Virus record (IMG/VR): IMGVR_UViG_3300011441_000003
Location: 1-41,810 of that record
Reading direction: 5' to 3' (one strand)
DNA from: a virus
Taxonomy: Duplodnaviria; Caudoviricetes
DNA length: 41,810 nt
The notes under the pieces are model-generated. The model was not told where the DNA came from, did no database searches, and saw only the letters and a program-made list of their open reading frames with translations. The position numbers were made by a program, and so were the translations under genes. Numbering within the stretch: the stretch's first letter is position 1; every line of letters starts with the position of its first letter. This document shows, in pieces, positions 24,756 through 34,108 of the stretch.

Positions 24756-25331
24756 ATGAGCCTTGGGTATGTAGAAACTCTAGCAACATTGAATGCCGAT
24801 GGTACGGCATTGACCGCAGCAGCTCGAGCTAGTTTGACGCAGGGTGCGGCGGCTACCGGAGCTCGCTATACGATGCCGGGAGGAAAACTCCGCATCGGAG
24901 ATCAGATTGAGATTAAAGCGTCTGGCCGAATTAGTTGCGCCGTAACAACCCCCGGAACTGCAAGATTTGATCTATCTTTTGCGGGCACAGCAAACTTTGA
25001 TACTCTTGCAATGCCGCTGAACATTGTTGCAAAGACAAACGTAATGTGGAATCTTTACGTGATGGGAACTGTTCGGGCAATCGGCACTACAGCGAATATC
25101 TTTTGGCAAGGTAACTGGTTTTCGGAGGCTTCTATCAATACGGCACTTCCCGCAACAGGTCCTGGCCCTGGGGGGCAGAGTGTTCCATACAACACGGCTC
25201 CCGTGATTGGCCCTAATTTTGATTCTACAATTTCGCAGTTAATTGATCTTCAATTTACCCAGACTGTAGCGACAGGCAGTGTTACCCTCCATCAGTACGG
25301 CCTACGTCTGCTGAGTTCATCGGGATTCTAA
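24756..25331 (+). CDS. Putative virion jelly-roll protein resembling the tail-fibre tip
   Basis: YTMPGGKLRIGDQIEIKASG resembles fibre YTLLANSLNTVGSGVKVTAWG. Confidence 0.75.
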   Translation: MSLGYVETLATLNADGTALTAAARASLTQGAAATGARYTMPGGKLRIGDQIEIKASGRISCAVTTPGTARFDLSFAGTANFDTLAMPLNIVAKTNVMWNLYVMGTVRAIGTTANIFWQGNWFSEASINTALPATGPGPGGQSVPYNTAPVIGPNFDSTISQLIDLQFTQTVATGSVTLHQYGLRLLSSSGF

Positions 25332-25332
25332 T

Positions 25333-26472
25333 GTGTTCGGTAGGTGGCGTAAGGGTCCATTCAGGGGTCCAATCAAGGCCCCTTATAGAGCAACTGACGC
25401 TCCGCCACCGAGCGCGCAGAACCTTCCGGCCCCGCCGTGGGTCACGCTTGCGGTTAATAAAAGACGAGCAGTCGCGCGGAGTATTGTATCGAGATTTCGT
25501 CTCGGAAAACCAGTACCGAGTACTGGCGTTGTCATACCCCCAAGGCCAAGAAATGTTGAACTTGTCTTGCAGGCGATTGAGCGGGCGCGGAGGGGTACAA
25601 AGCCAAATGGTGAGATTCAACTCGGGGGTGTGTTCGGTCGTCCAACGACACGAACAAAGGTCGGAGCACCAAGAGTTCTGGACTTCGCAAGTACGGCTAG
25701 GGTTCGTCAAAAGAAAATCACAAGTAATGCTAGTTTCTCAAGGGTGTTCGGCAGGCTCACGACACGGCCAAAGGTACAGGGACCAAGTGTTAAGTCGCAA
25801 GCTGAGTTACTTCGTACGAAGTCTGCAACGTTCGCGGGATTCATTAGGCCAGTCCGCGCAACTGCGGTTGCAGTCGTTATTCGCCCAAGGCCAGTTCTTG
25901 TCGTTAAGCAGACGCTTGCTCGGTCAGGTCTTCGGGCAAGGCTGCGATTTAGAGTTCAACTCACGCAACCGTTTGGATTCCCAACTTCTCGGCCTGTTGT
26001 TCGTGGCCCGCGTATTGTATCGCTTGATGAAAGAGCTGTACGTCGTAGAATTCGGGCGTTGTTTCTCCACCCTACAATTTCGCAAGCTGTTCCCCCAACT
26101 GCGCCTTGGCCTAGGCCGGTTCAGATTGTTAAGCAAGCGCTCACTCGTCGTGGACAAGATGCAAGATTTCAAACACGGACAATTCTTGGCTTGGGTCCAC
26201 GTGAGTTTGGAGAAACAGCGCCCGTTGAAATTTCTAAACCACATGGATTCTATGGTGTAAGCTATAGAAGAATTAAGAAAGAAGAACCCGAAGATTTAGA
26301 GTTGGGGATTGCTGCTCTTATTAGAGCCCAAATTGAAGGAACTAGTAAGGCTGTTGTATCTGTGAGTGTAAAGCCCGAGGGATTGGAAGAGATAGTGGAG
26401 ATTAAAGTTTCAGGAATTTCTAAGAGAAATATGGATGCCATAATTTCTGCGATTTTAGCGAGTGAATTATGA
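25333..26472 (+). CDS. Very Arg/Pro-rich basic protein with internal repeats (379 aa)
   Basis: Long ORF coupled to both neighbours; acidic C-terminal helix. Confidence 0.75.
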   Translation: MFGRWRKGPFRGPIKAPYRATDAPPPSAQNLPAPPWVTLAVNKRRAVARSIVSRFRLGKPVPSTGVVIPPRPRNVELVLQAIERARRGTKPNGEIQLGGVFGRPTTRTKVGAPRVLDFASTARVRQKKITSNASFSRVFGRLTTRPKVQGPSVKSQAELLRTKSATFAGFIRPVRATAVAVVIRPRPVLVVKQTLARSGLRARLRFRVQLTQPFGFPTSRPVVRGPRIVSLDERAVRRRIRALFLHPTISQAVPPTAPWPRPVQIVKQALTRRGQDARFQTRTILGLGPREFGETAPVEISKPHGFYGVSYRRIKKEEPEDLELGIAALIRAQIEGTSKAVVSVSVKPEGLEEIVEIKVSGISKRNMDAIISAILASEL

Positions 26473-26780
26473 GACGACGTTGGGTGTACTTTGGAACTGA
26501 AGCAGTCGAGGTTTCGCGAGACTACACTCAACCCCTCCAAGTAGTGAAGGATTCCATACTTTGGAACGACCGTTCCTATCAGGATATGGGGGACTCAAGA
26601 TTTAGTTCTCGCACTCAACATCGCGAGTTTATGAAGTCGCGTGGTCTTACGACTTCTGACGACTTTAACACAGAATGGAGAAAGAAAGAAGAGCTAAGGG
26701 TTAAGACGAAAGAAGGGTATGATCCCACCCGTAAAGAGGATTTAATGCGAGCCATCAGTGATCTGAACTCAAGGAGATAG
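26469..26780 (+). CDS. Conserved head-module hypothetical protein
   Basis: SSRTQHREFMKSRGL motif; precedes the scaffold gene. Confidence 0.75.
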   Translation: MRRRWVYFGTEAVEVSRDYTQPLQVVKDSILWNDRSYQDMGDSRFSSRTQHREFMKSRGLTTSDDFNTEWRKKEELRVKTKEGYDPTRKEDLMRAISDLNSRR

Positions 26781-26782
26781 CA

Positions 26783-27862
26783 ATGCCTGAAGATAGCCTA
26801 CGTGATTCAATTAGTAAAGCAATAGAGAAGGAAGTCCCTGTAGTAGAGGCTGCGCCCGTCGTAGAAGCGAAACCTGTGGTTGAAGAAAAGCCCGTCGTAG
26901 AGGCGAAGTCCGTAGTTGAAGAAAAGCCCGTCGTAGAGGCGAAGCCTCTAGTTGAAGAAAAGCCCGTCGTAGAGGGGAAACCTACGAAGGTTGAAACTCC
27001 AGCTAAGGGAATTCGTGCTCCAGAGAGCTGGAAACCCGCTATTCGCGAGGCTCATTGGGCGAAACTCCCTGTCGCCGTGCAGGGGGAAATCTACCGCCGT
27101 GAACGCCAGATTGACGATGCGCTGCAACACACTGTCGAAGCTCGTAGGGGTATGGAGCAATTCCAGGGACTATACGAGCAGTATAAGGATGTGTTTGAGT
27201 TTGAGAAGCAGCCTCCACTTCAGACTCTTTCCAGCCTCTTGAATATCTCAAGGGCTTTACGCTTTGCGCCGGGGCCACAGAAAGCTCAGCTCATGGCTCA
27301 AGTAATTCAGGGCTTTGGGGTAGATCTTAAAGCTTTAGACCAAGCTCTTTCTATGCTTGTTCAACCTTCTGATCCAGCAACTCAGGCAGTTCAAACTCAA
27401 AGTGAGTTGCTGAGGCAGGCTATACAGAATGAAATGGCCCCTATGCGCGAGCTTATGGCTGGCCTTCAGCAACAAAGAACTCGGGAAAGCCAAACGGAAC
27501 AACAGACGATGCACTCGGAGATTCAAACATTCGCGGAGGATCCAAAGAATCAGTACTTCGAGGTCGTCAAGGATGTTATGGCTGACATTCTCGAGGCAGG
27601 GGCGGCACGTGGACAAAAAATAAGCTTGCAAGAAGCGTATAAGCGTGCTATACTCGCCAACAATGATTTGGCTGGCGAATATAGTCAGCAGCAGCTCGCA
27701 GAAGCAACGCAGAGGGCTAGTGCTTCAGCAACTCAAGCGCAGAGTCTTGCGAGTATGAGTGCTCAAGGAACCCCCTCTCTAGCGGGAGCAATAGCTGCTA
27801 GTGAAGGAAATTTGCGAGTAGATTTGGAAAGAGCAGTCGCGCAGCATAGCGGTCGGGCGTAA
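26783..27862 (+). CDS. Probable capsid scaffolding protein
   Basis: Helical, Q/E/A-rich, APESWK...W..LP motif; immediately before the MCP. Confidence 0.8.
   Translation: MPEDSLRDSISKAIEKEVPVVEAAPVVEAKPVVEEKPVVEAKSVVEEKPVVEAKPLVEEKPVVEGKPTKVETPAKGIRAPESWKPAIREAHWAKLPVAVQGEIYRRERQIDDALQHTVEARRGMEQFQGLYEQYKDVFEFEKQPPLQTLSSLLNISRALRFAPGPQKAQLMAQVIQGFGVDLKALDQALSMLVQPSDPATQAVQTQSELLRQAIQNEMAPMRELMAGLQQQRTRESQTEQQTMHSEIQTFAEDPKNQYFEVVKDVMADILEAGAARGQKISLQEAYKRAILANNDLAGEYSQQQLAEATQRASASATQAQSLASMSAQGTPSLAGAIAASEGNLRVDLERAVAQHSGRA
26837..26980 (+). repeat. 8 x 18-bp coding repeat (PVVE[A/E]K)
   Basis: Visible in both DNA and protein. Confidence 0.9.
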
Positions 27863-27960
27863 CGGGAAGCGTAAGCTCATCCTGGAATGGTTCAGAGCGA
27901 AGCCGTAATTGGTTCATCGTTGAAATTGGGCTTCTTTTATAACCTTTCAAGGAGATTTTG

Positions 27961-28968
27961 ATGGCTTTTCCAAATGTCACGGACATCGTGGCAACCACTA
28001 TCGAGTCTCGCACTCGTAAAATTCAGGACAACGTTCTGAATAACAATGCGGGGCTTGCGTACATCAAGGAAAGCGGTAACGTCAAGACAGTCTCGGGCGG
28101 TTCGGTCATTTACGAGGAAATCAGCTTCGCTGAAAATGCGAATGCCGGATGGTACTCGGGGTATGACCTTCTGCCGGTGGCAGCTCAAGATGTACTGAGC
28201 GCAGCGCAATTCTCACTAAAGCAAGCGGCAGTCCCCGTAGTGATTTCCGGACTGGAGCAACTCCAGAACGCTGGCCGCGAGCAAATGATTGACCTGATGG
28301 AGGGGCGGATCACTGTGGCAGAGTCCACAATGGCTAACCTCATCGCTCAGGGTTTCTATAGCGACGGCACAGGTTCGGGCGGTAAGACCATCGTAGGTCT
28401 GGAAGCTGCGACGCCTGCGAATGCTTCTGGAACCTCTGCCCGCATCGCCACTGGAACTTATGGGGGCATCGACCGGGCTACGTGGGGCTTCTGGCGTCCT
28501 TGGGCCTCGCACCCCACTACTGCCCTCACCGCAGCTACTATTCAGGATGCGATGAATACTGTCTGGGGCAATCTTGTTCGTGGTCGCGATCGCCCGAATG
28601 TGATAATCACCGACACATTCATGTGGGGTATCTACCTCCAATCGCTCCAACTCCAGCAACGCTTCACTGATCCAAATAAGGCGAAACTTGGGTTCCCGAC
28701 AGTGCAGTATATGGATGCGGACGTGGTGCTCGACGGTGGTCTGTACTTTCCATCTTCGGCCTACGGCTCTGGAAGCGTTGTGAAGACGATGTACTTTCTC
28801 AACACGAAGTACCTCAAGTGGAGGCCACATTCTGCAAGGAACATGGTTCCTCTGTCCCCCAACAAGCGGTATGCCGTCAATCAGGATGCTGAAGTTACTA
28901 TTTTGGCGTTCGCTGGCGCAATGACATCAAGCGGCCAAGCCTTCCAAGGCCGTCTGACGTCGAACTAA
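27961..28968 (+). CDS. Major capsid protein
   Basis: 335 aa after the scaffold; strong AAGGAG RBS; TYGGIDRATW.FW, LQ.QQRF, MYFLNTKYL motifs. Confidence 0.9.
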   Translation: MAFPNVTDIVATTIESRTRKIQDNVLNNNAGLAYIKESGNVKTVSGGSVIYEEISFAENANAGWYSGYDLLPVAAQDVLSAAQFSLKQAAVPVVISGLEQLQNAGREQMIDLMEGRITVAESTMANLIAQGFYSDGTGSGGKTIVGLEAATPANASGTSARIATGTYGGIDRATWGFWRPWASHPTTALTAATIQDAMNTVWGNLVRGRDRPNVIITDTFMWGIYLQSLQLQQRFTDPNKAKLGFPTVQYMDADVVLDGGLYFPSSAYGSGSVVKTMYFLNTKYLKWRPHSARNMVPLSPNKRYAVNQDAEVTILAFAGAMTSSGQAFQGRLTSN

Positions 28969-28981
28969 GGAGAAAGCTGAC

Positions 28982-29485
28982 ATGGCGTATCAACTTGTAG
29001 AGCCACAAATAGGGTATCCGGCAGTCACGGATGTTTCAACAACGCAGAAAGTTCCCATTGGAACTAGGGCTCGCATTGCGGATAATGCCCTTACAGTTCC
29101 ACAGGCAGGTGAAGTCATCTACCTTAAATCTTCGGATGCAATTACTCTGGGAGCTTTGGTCATGTATGATCAACAGCTCGCTACTTGTGTTCTGGGACCC
29201 GCCACGGCGGGGGTAGGCCCCTGCGCGGTGAGCTTTAACATCGTTCCTTCGGCATCCTTTGCGTGGTTTCAGATCGCAGGAAATGCGAAGATTCTAGCTC
29301 CGAATGCGGTAGTGGCGGGGGCTAATGTCTTTCCCCTCGCGGCTACTCCTGGAAGTGTGGACGACGCAGCGGTGGCGGGGGAGCAAATCCTAGGAGCTAA
29401 GTTCTCCACTACTACGCCAGTTCCGGCGGCGGGCTTCGCATGGGTGACTATCGATCGTCCATTCTACCAAGGTCAGATCACCTAG
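28982..29485 (+). CDS. Capsid decoration/cement protein
   Basis: Follows the MCP; GEVIYLK...FAWFQIAG pattern. Confidence 0.7.
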   Translation: MAYQLVEPQIGYPAVTDVSTTQKVPIGTRARIADNALTVPQAGEVIYLKSSDAITLGALVMYDQQLATCVLGPATAGVGPCAVSFNIVPSASFAWFQIAGNAKILAPNAVVAGANVFPLAATPGSVDDAAVAGEQILGAKFSTTTPVPAAGFAWVTIDRPFYQGQIT

Positions 29486-29808
29486 TGAGCGCACTAACGG
29501 GAGTTCCCGGAGCAAACGGTCGGATTACTACGACTGCCGGGGCTCCTGTTCTTTTTCGCCGTGGTATGGGTTTTGATGCTGCTGATGCTCTTTGTATCGT
29601 AGCACCAGCTCCTGGAGGCTTCTTTAATGGAACAGTGATGATGGACGCTAGCGGAGGAGTTATGGCTTCTCTTGTTAATTCTGTGGCTGGCTACACAGCG
29701 GGACTGCCTCTGGACGCTGACGGAGGTCTTTGCATTGAAGCCGCTGTTCCAGTTACTTTCGTACAAGGGGTGGGGTTGACTGCTTCTGGTAGAGTTGCTA
29801 CAGATTAG
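29485..29808 (+). CDS. Hypothetical virion protein with short internal repeats (107 aa)
   Basis: GTG overlaps TAG; repeated G..FDA/MDA/LDA.G.L units. Confidence 0.7.
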   Translation: MSALTGVPGANGRITTTAGAPVLFRRGMGFDAADALCIVAPAPGGFFNGTVMMDASGGVMASLVNSVAGYTAGLPLDADGGLCIEAAVPVTFVQGVGLTASGRVATD

Positions 29809-29817
29809 GAGACTTCA

Positions 29818-30243
29818 ATGCCGCAATCCAGAATGTCTCAGTTTATGCAGCAGTTTGGAAAACCTCAGTCTGGTAATCCATGGGGGCAGCGTCCTCCGCA
29901 ACGTCCCGGACCTTTTCCAGGATATGGCAATCCTGCGCCGCAGCCTCCTATGAAGCCTGGACCTCAGCCTGTAATGCCTCCGCCAGCAGGCCCGCCTGTG
30001 ATGGGGCACATGGGGCCAGGATCTATGCCAATGCCACCTCAGCCAGGAATGCCGCAGCCAGGAATGCCGCCGCAAATGATGAAGCCAATGCCGGCTCAAC
30101 CTCCTATGGGTGGGGGTGGATCTATGCCTCAGCCAGGAATGCCGACAGGCGGATTCATACCTCAGCGTCCAATGGGCGCAGCGCAACAACGAAATCCAAT
30201 GATGGCGCAGCAAGCTCAAGCAAATATGCTGCGTAGATATTAA
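29818..30243 (+). CDS. Pro/Gln/Met/Gly low-complexity protein (141 aa)
   Basis: AGGAGA RBS; QPGMP repeats. Confidence 0.7.
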   Translation: MPQSRMSQFMQQFGKPQSGNPWGQRPPQRPGPFPGYGNPAPQPPMKPGPQPVMPPPAGPPVMGHMGPGSMPMPPQPGMPQPGMPPQMMKPMPAQPPMGGGGSMPQPGMPTGGFIPQRPMGAAQQRNPMMAQQAQANMLRRY

Positions 30244-30304
30244 CCCTAAGTTTGCGGGGGCTACGCGAACGTCGAATTTTACTAAGGTCTCAAGGAGACA
30301 CGAC

Positions 30305-30883
30305 ATGGAAATCGGCACATTAGAGTACAATCACGAAGATTTTATTAAGGCTCGCGCAGGAGATGAGAAGCTTGCTATTCGCTTCTTTCGTAAGGCGCGG
30401 CAAAACGGGGAGGCTTCGGCCAAAGAGGGTCGTCCTATCTTTGAGGAGACTGACTATATCCAGATTGTAGTTCCAGGTGATCGCACTAGCGCCATCGTTC
30501 GTCCGGTCAGTGAGCAGGACAAGGCCCGCTTTGAAAAGCAGTATGATCATTGGAAGAAGACTCAGCAAGAAGAACTTGTGGTGGGTACTCCTTTGGAGGC
30601 TTGGGGCGTTATGAGCCTCGCCCAGATTGAAGAGTATCGTTACTTTGGAGTTCGTACTATTGAGCAAATGGCTGGCTTGAGGGATGACATTTGCCAAAAA
30701 ATCATGGGAGGGCTTCAGTTGAAGCAGAGAGCAGTGAACTGGCTTGCCATCGCTAAAGATGAAGCACCAATGAAGAAAGTCCAGGTGGAGTTGGAAGCTC
30801 GTGATACTGAAATTGCGAGCTTGAAAGCTGCTGTTGCCGATCAGGCTAAGAAGATTGAAGCTTTGATGGCAAAGAAAGGATGA
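30305..30883 (+). CDS. Conserved phage protein (192 aa)
   Basis: PIFEETDYIQIVVPGD...RF...GTPLEAW, then a coiled coil. Confidence 0.8.
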   Translation: MEIGTLEYNHEDFIKARAGDEKLAIRFFRKARQNGEASAKEGRPIFEETDYIQIVVPGDRTSAIVRPVSEQDKARFEKQYDHWKKTQQEELVVGTPLEAWGVMSLAQIEEYRYFGVRTIEQMAGLRDDICQKIMGGLQLKQRAVNWLAIAKDEAPMKKVQVELEARDTEIASLKAAVADQAKKIEALMAKKG

Positions 30884-30884
30884 A

Positions 30885-31637
30885 GTGCCCGTACAAATCA
30901 CAGAGTATACGTATGGGGCGGCTATAGCGGAAATTGCAAAGTTAGTCGGCCACACTACGACTGCTCCGGCTGACCCTGTGGGGTCTACAGATCCGGCCAT
31001 TCAACAAATGGCATCGGCGATTAATGTCGCGCTCGAAGAACTTTTGACGATGCATGAGTGGCAAGACCTTACTGTCAAAACTGAACTTTCCGTAGTTGGG
31101 GCCAGCGCAGGGCTAGCAGAGCAGGGGTACGCGCTCCCCGCCGACTTTTACCGCTTTATAGACCAAAGTCAATGGAGTTCCACGTCTATAATGCCTGCGG
31201 GAGGACCAGTTAGTAATCAGGCGTGGATGGCTTCTGTAGTTCAATCTTTCAGTTCTGACTTCACTCTGAATTGGCAAATGAGGGAAGACCAAATTTGGTT
31301 CCTTAATCCTCCTTTCCCTGTTCCCGCCTTGTTCAAGTATATGTACCTGTCGAAAGCGCAGGTCATTGATGGAACGGACCCCACGCTCTTTAAGAATAAG
31401 GCGACGCTCAATTCGGACACTTTCAAGTTGGATAGTCAAATTATTATGCTTCTCGGAAGGGCGAGGTACTTGGAGTGGAAAGGCTTCGATGCTTCAGCCG
31501 CTGTGCGCGATTTCCTAGCTATCTTTAATTCTCGGGCTGGTGCGGATAAAGGAGCGGGAATTTTGAGCTTGTGTCGTAGAGGACAATCTCCGTTGATTGG
31601 GGCTCAATCACTTTCTAATACAGGCTATGGGTCTTAA
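30885..31637 (+). CDS. Head-tail adaptor / tail tubular protein A-like
   Basis: Position; WQDL...YALPADF.RF motif. Confidence 0.7.
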   Translation: MPVQITEYTYGAAIAEIAKLVGHTTTAPADPVGSTDPAIQQMASAINVALEELLTMHEWQDLTVKTELSVVGASAGLAEQGYALPADFYRFIDQSQWSSTSIMPAGGPVSNQAWMASVVQSFSSDFTLNWQMREDQIWFLNPPFPVPALFKYMYLSKAQVIDGTDPTLFKNKATLNSDTFKLDSQIIMLLGRARYLEWKGFDASAAVRDFLAIFNSRAGADKGAGILSLCRRGQSPLIGAQSLSNTGYGS

Positions 31638-33288
31638 TCTAGCAAGACCGACTTATAAAGCTCCGAGATTAGCAGCTCAGGCGCAGAATCATCAATTTCA
31701 AATTTTTCCAGCTCCTGTACTTGGGCTGGATGCCTCCCTTCCTTTTACAGATCAAGATCCAAGAGCTGCTACAGTCTTGGAGAACGCCATTGTTCGTAGA
31801 TCAGGAGATGAATTACGTGGTGGATATAAACGGCACAACTCCAATCTAGGCGGCGTAGGCACTGAATCTCCCGTGGTTTCTTTGATGTCCTATCTACCCC
31901 CCAGAGGAATAGGTAGCGTCTTTCTTGCTCGCCTTTTTGCAGCTTGTGAGAATTCTAATATCTACGATGTTTCAGATGTAACTGATGAATCTACGGTTCT
32001 TTCCGTTAGTCTGGCAGCAGCAGGGCAGGTGGAGCCGGGACACTTTAGTTGGATCAATTTTGCCACTGCGAATACAAATTACCTCTGCGCTGTTTCGGCT
32101 GGAGCGGGGTATTTCACCTTCGACCATACAGGAGGATGGGTCGACCGTAACGCTGCAATGAGTGGGACTTCGTCTCTCGATTTTGACTTCGTAATGGCTT
32201 GGAAGAATCGTCTTTGGTTTATTAAGGAAAACTCCACCCAAGCGTGGTATCTGCCAGTGGGCTCAATCACAGGAGCATTGGCGATGTTTGATTTTGGCCC
32301 TCTCCTTACTCACGGGGGCGAACTTCGAGCTATGGCGTCTTGGACAGTAGATGGAGGAGATGGCATAGATGATCGGCTTGTCATTGTAGGAGCAGCAGGG
32401 GACGTTCTTATCTATGGTGGAACGGATCCCACTTCGCTATCCACCTTTGGCCTTATAGGACGTTGGTTTGTGGGAGCTCCACCCGCTGGTCGTCGTTTCA
32501 TGTCTAACTATGGCGGAGATTTGAACCTCCTGTGTGAGACAGGGATAGAGTATATGTCCCGCGTCATACAGGGAAGAGGAAATAAAGATCCGGAGCAGCC
32601 AGCTAATACTCCATCGCTTAGATACAACGAAGTGATTGCAGCGACAGTCCGGGCTACGCGCTTACTCCCCGGATGGAATATGGTGCAAGTCCCTAGTCTG
32701 GAATCTACGATTGTTGTGACTCCATATGAAGAGAAAACTTCTGGAATTCAATTTTGCTACTCCACACTTCCTACGGCGTGGTCTACATTCAAGGGAATGC
32801 CCGTTAAGTGCGCCGAAGTCTTTGACGGGGATATGTTCTTTGGAACTCGCTACGGGACTGTATGTCGTGGTTTTTCCGCAGATACTGATGACGAGCTTAC
32901 TACTGGAACTGCGGGAACTGATGTCACAGCTTCGGTGCAGACTTCTTTTGTATCTCCGTCTGAGAATAAAATGCAGCAGAAAATCCCCCAGCTCATTATG
33001 CCGATGTTCCAAGCTACGCAAGCTCCAAGCATTCGAGCTAGGGTCAATAGCGAGTGGCGAGGGGATGATGTGGAGGGTAGCCCGGCGTTTGCTCCCGATA
33101 CTGGTTCTTTGTGGGATGTGGGTTTATGGGACCAAGCTATTTGGGGAGGAGCAGTGAATAGCTATTTCGCATGGCTCGGGGCTACAGGACTTGGAAGTTA
33201 TTTTTCTCTTCGCTTGCAATTCAAGGGCAAGCGTGGTACAATCTTCACTAGTTGGAAGTTTGTGTACTCTCTTGGAGGAATAATGTAA
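31627..33288 (+). CDS. Tail nozzle (P22 gp10 / tubular protein B-like)
   Basis: 553-aa beta-propeller-like sequence; KNRLWF, WYLP, WD...WD...W. Confidence 0.78.
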   Translation: MGLNLARPTYKAPRLAAQAQNHQFQIFPAPVLGLDASLPFTDQDPRAATVLENAIVRRSGDELRGGYKRHNSNLGGVGTESPVVSLMSYLPPRGIGSVFLARLFAACENSNIYDVSDVTDESTVLSVSLAAAGQVEPGHFSWINFATANTNYLCAVSAGAGYFTFDHTGGWVDRNAAMSGTSSLDFDFVMAWKNRLWFIKENSTQAWYLPVGSITGALAMFDFGPLLTHGGELRAMASWTVDGGDGIDDRLVIVGAAGDVLIYGGTDPTSLSTFGLIGRWFVGAPPAGRRFMSNYGGDLNLLCETGIEYMSRVIQGRGNKDPEQPANTPSLRYNEVIAATVRATRLLPGWNMVQVPSLESTIVVTPYEEKTSGIQFCYSTLPTAWSTFKGMPVKCAEVFDGDMFFGTRYGTVCRGFSADTDDELTTGTAGTDVTASVQTSFVSPSENKMQQKIPQLIMPMFQATQAPSIRARVNSEWRGDDVEGSPAFAPDTGSLWDVGLWDQAIWGGAVNSYFAWLGATGLGSYFSLRLQFKGKRGTIFTSWKFVYSLGGIM

Positions 33289-33659
33289 TGCCTGCCCTCG
33301 TACAAAACCCTTCTCCAGGAACAGGGCAGCAAGCGCAGCTTGCTTCGTGGCTTCGCCAAGCCACTGGAGGAATTACCCCTACGCAACACGCAGATCCACC
33401 TGCTGCTCCATGGTATCAGGGACAAATGGATCAAAGGCAAGCAGCTCAGGCAGAGATGGTTCGCGAATGGAAGGTTGAGCAAGAGAGGAAGGCGGCGGAA
33501 GCTGCGGCTGCTCAAGCGGCGTATGATTTGGCGCACCCTGAAGGAGATGGCTCTGGCAAGGAGTGGCTCAATAGAGCAACAAATTTTACGGATAAGTGGG
33601 GCGCTCCAGGATTGTATGGTCCGGGCACTAAGCGTATATTCAGGAAATTAGGAAAGTGA
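33288..33659 (+). CDS. Hypothetical protein (123 aa)
   Basis: ATG overlaps TAA; GGAGG upstream. Confidence 0.65.
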   Translation: MPALVQNPSPGTGQQAQLASWLRQATGGITPTQHADPPAAPWYQGQMDQRQAAQAEMVREWKVEQERKAAEAAAAQAAYDLAHPEGDGSGKEWLNRATNFTDKWGAPGLYGPGTKRIFRKLGK

Positions 33660-34108
33660 TAGTCACCTCTAAAGATGAAGCCTCGCGATGGGCGCTTTAC
33701 TCTTTTCTTAGAGAGCGCGATGTGTCGCTTCCACGTTCTGAAGACTTCCACGCCATTGGAGAAGTACGTCGAAGGAGTGGGGTTCCAACTCTTGTCGCTT
33801 CCGTGGGCTATACTCACTTCTGCGGACAGACTTGCGCTATGCTGGGGGCGGGGGATGGAAATTGGATGACTCGTGAACTTCTCTGGGCTGCGTTTGATTA
33901 TCCCTTCAACCAGTGTGGAATGGTTCAAATTTTTGCTAGTGTTGCACGGAATAACCCAAGGGCTTTGAAATTAGATCTTCACCTTGGATTTCAGGTTCTC
34001 ACCACGGTGAAAGATGGAAAAGCTCCGGGCATTGATCTTGACGTGTTGACTATGCGGCGTGAAGATTGTCGTTGGTTGGAGATTAAGAAAGAAAGGATGG
34101 CGGCGTGA
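33656..34108 (+). CDS. GNAT-fold acetyltransferase-like virion assembly protein
   Basis: FDYPFNQ...NPRALKL..HLGF; usual podovirus position before the ejection genes. Confidence 0.8.
   Translation: MIVTSKDEASRWALYSFLRERDVSLPRSEDFHAIGEVRRRSGVPTLVASVGYTHFCGQTCAMLGAGDGNWMTRELLWAAFDYPFNQCGMVQIFASVARNNPRALKLDLHLGFQVLTTVKDGKAPGIDLDVLTMRREDCRWLEIKKERMAA

Noticed and set aside
25331-26260. 309-aa overlapping ORF in another frame
   Set aside because: Almost entirely overlaps 25333..26472, which shows the protein-level repeats and couples to the next gene. Dual coding is not supported, though not strictly excluded.
29440-29490. Programmed -1 frameshift extending the decoration protein
   Set aside because: The overlapping frame is open, but there is no slippery heptamer. 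A TAG/GTG coupled restart explains it.
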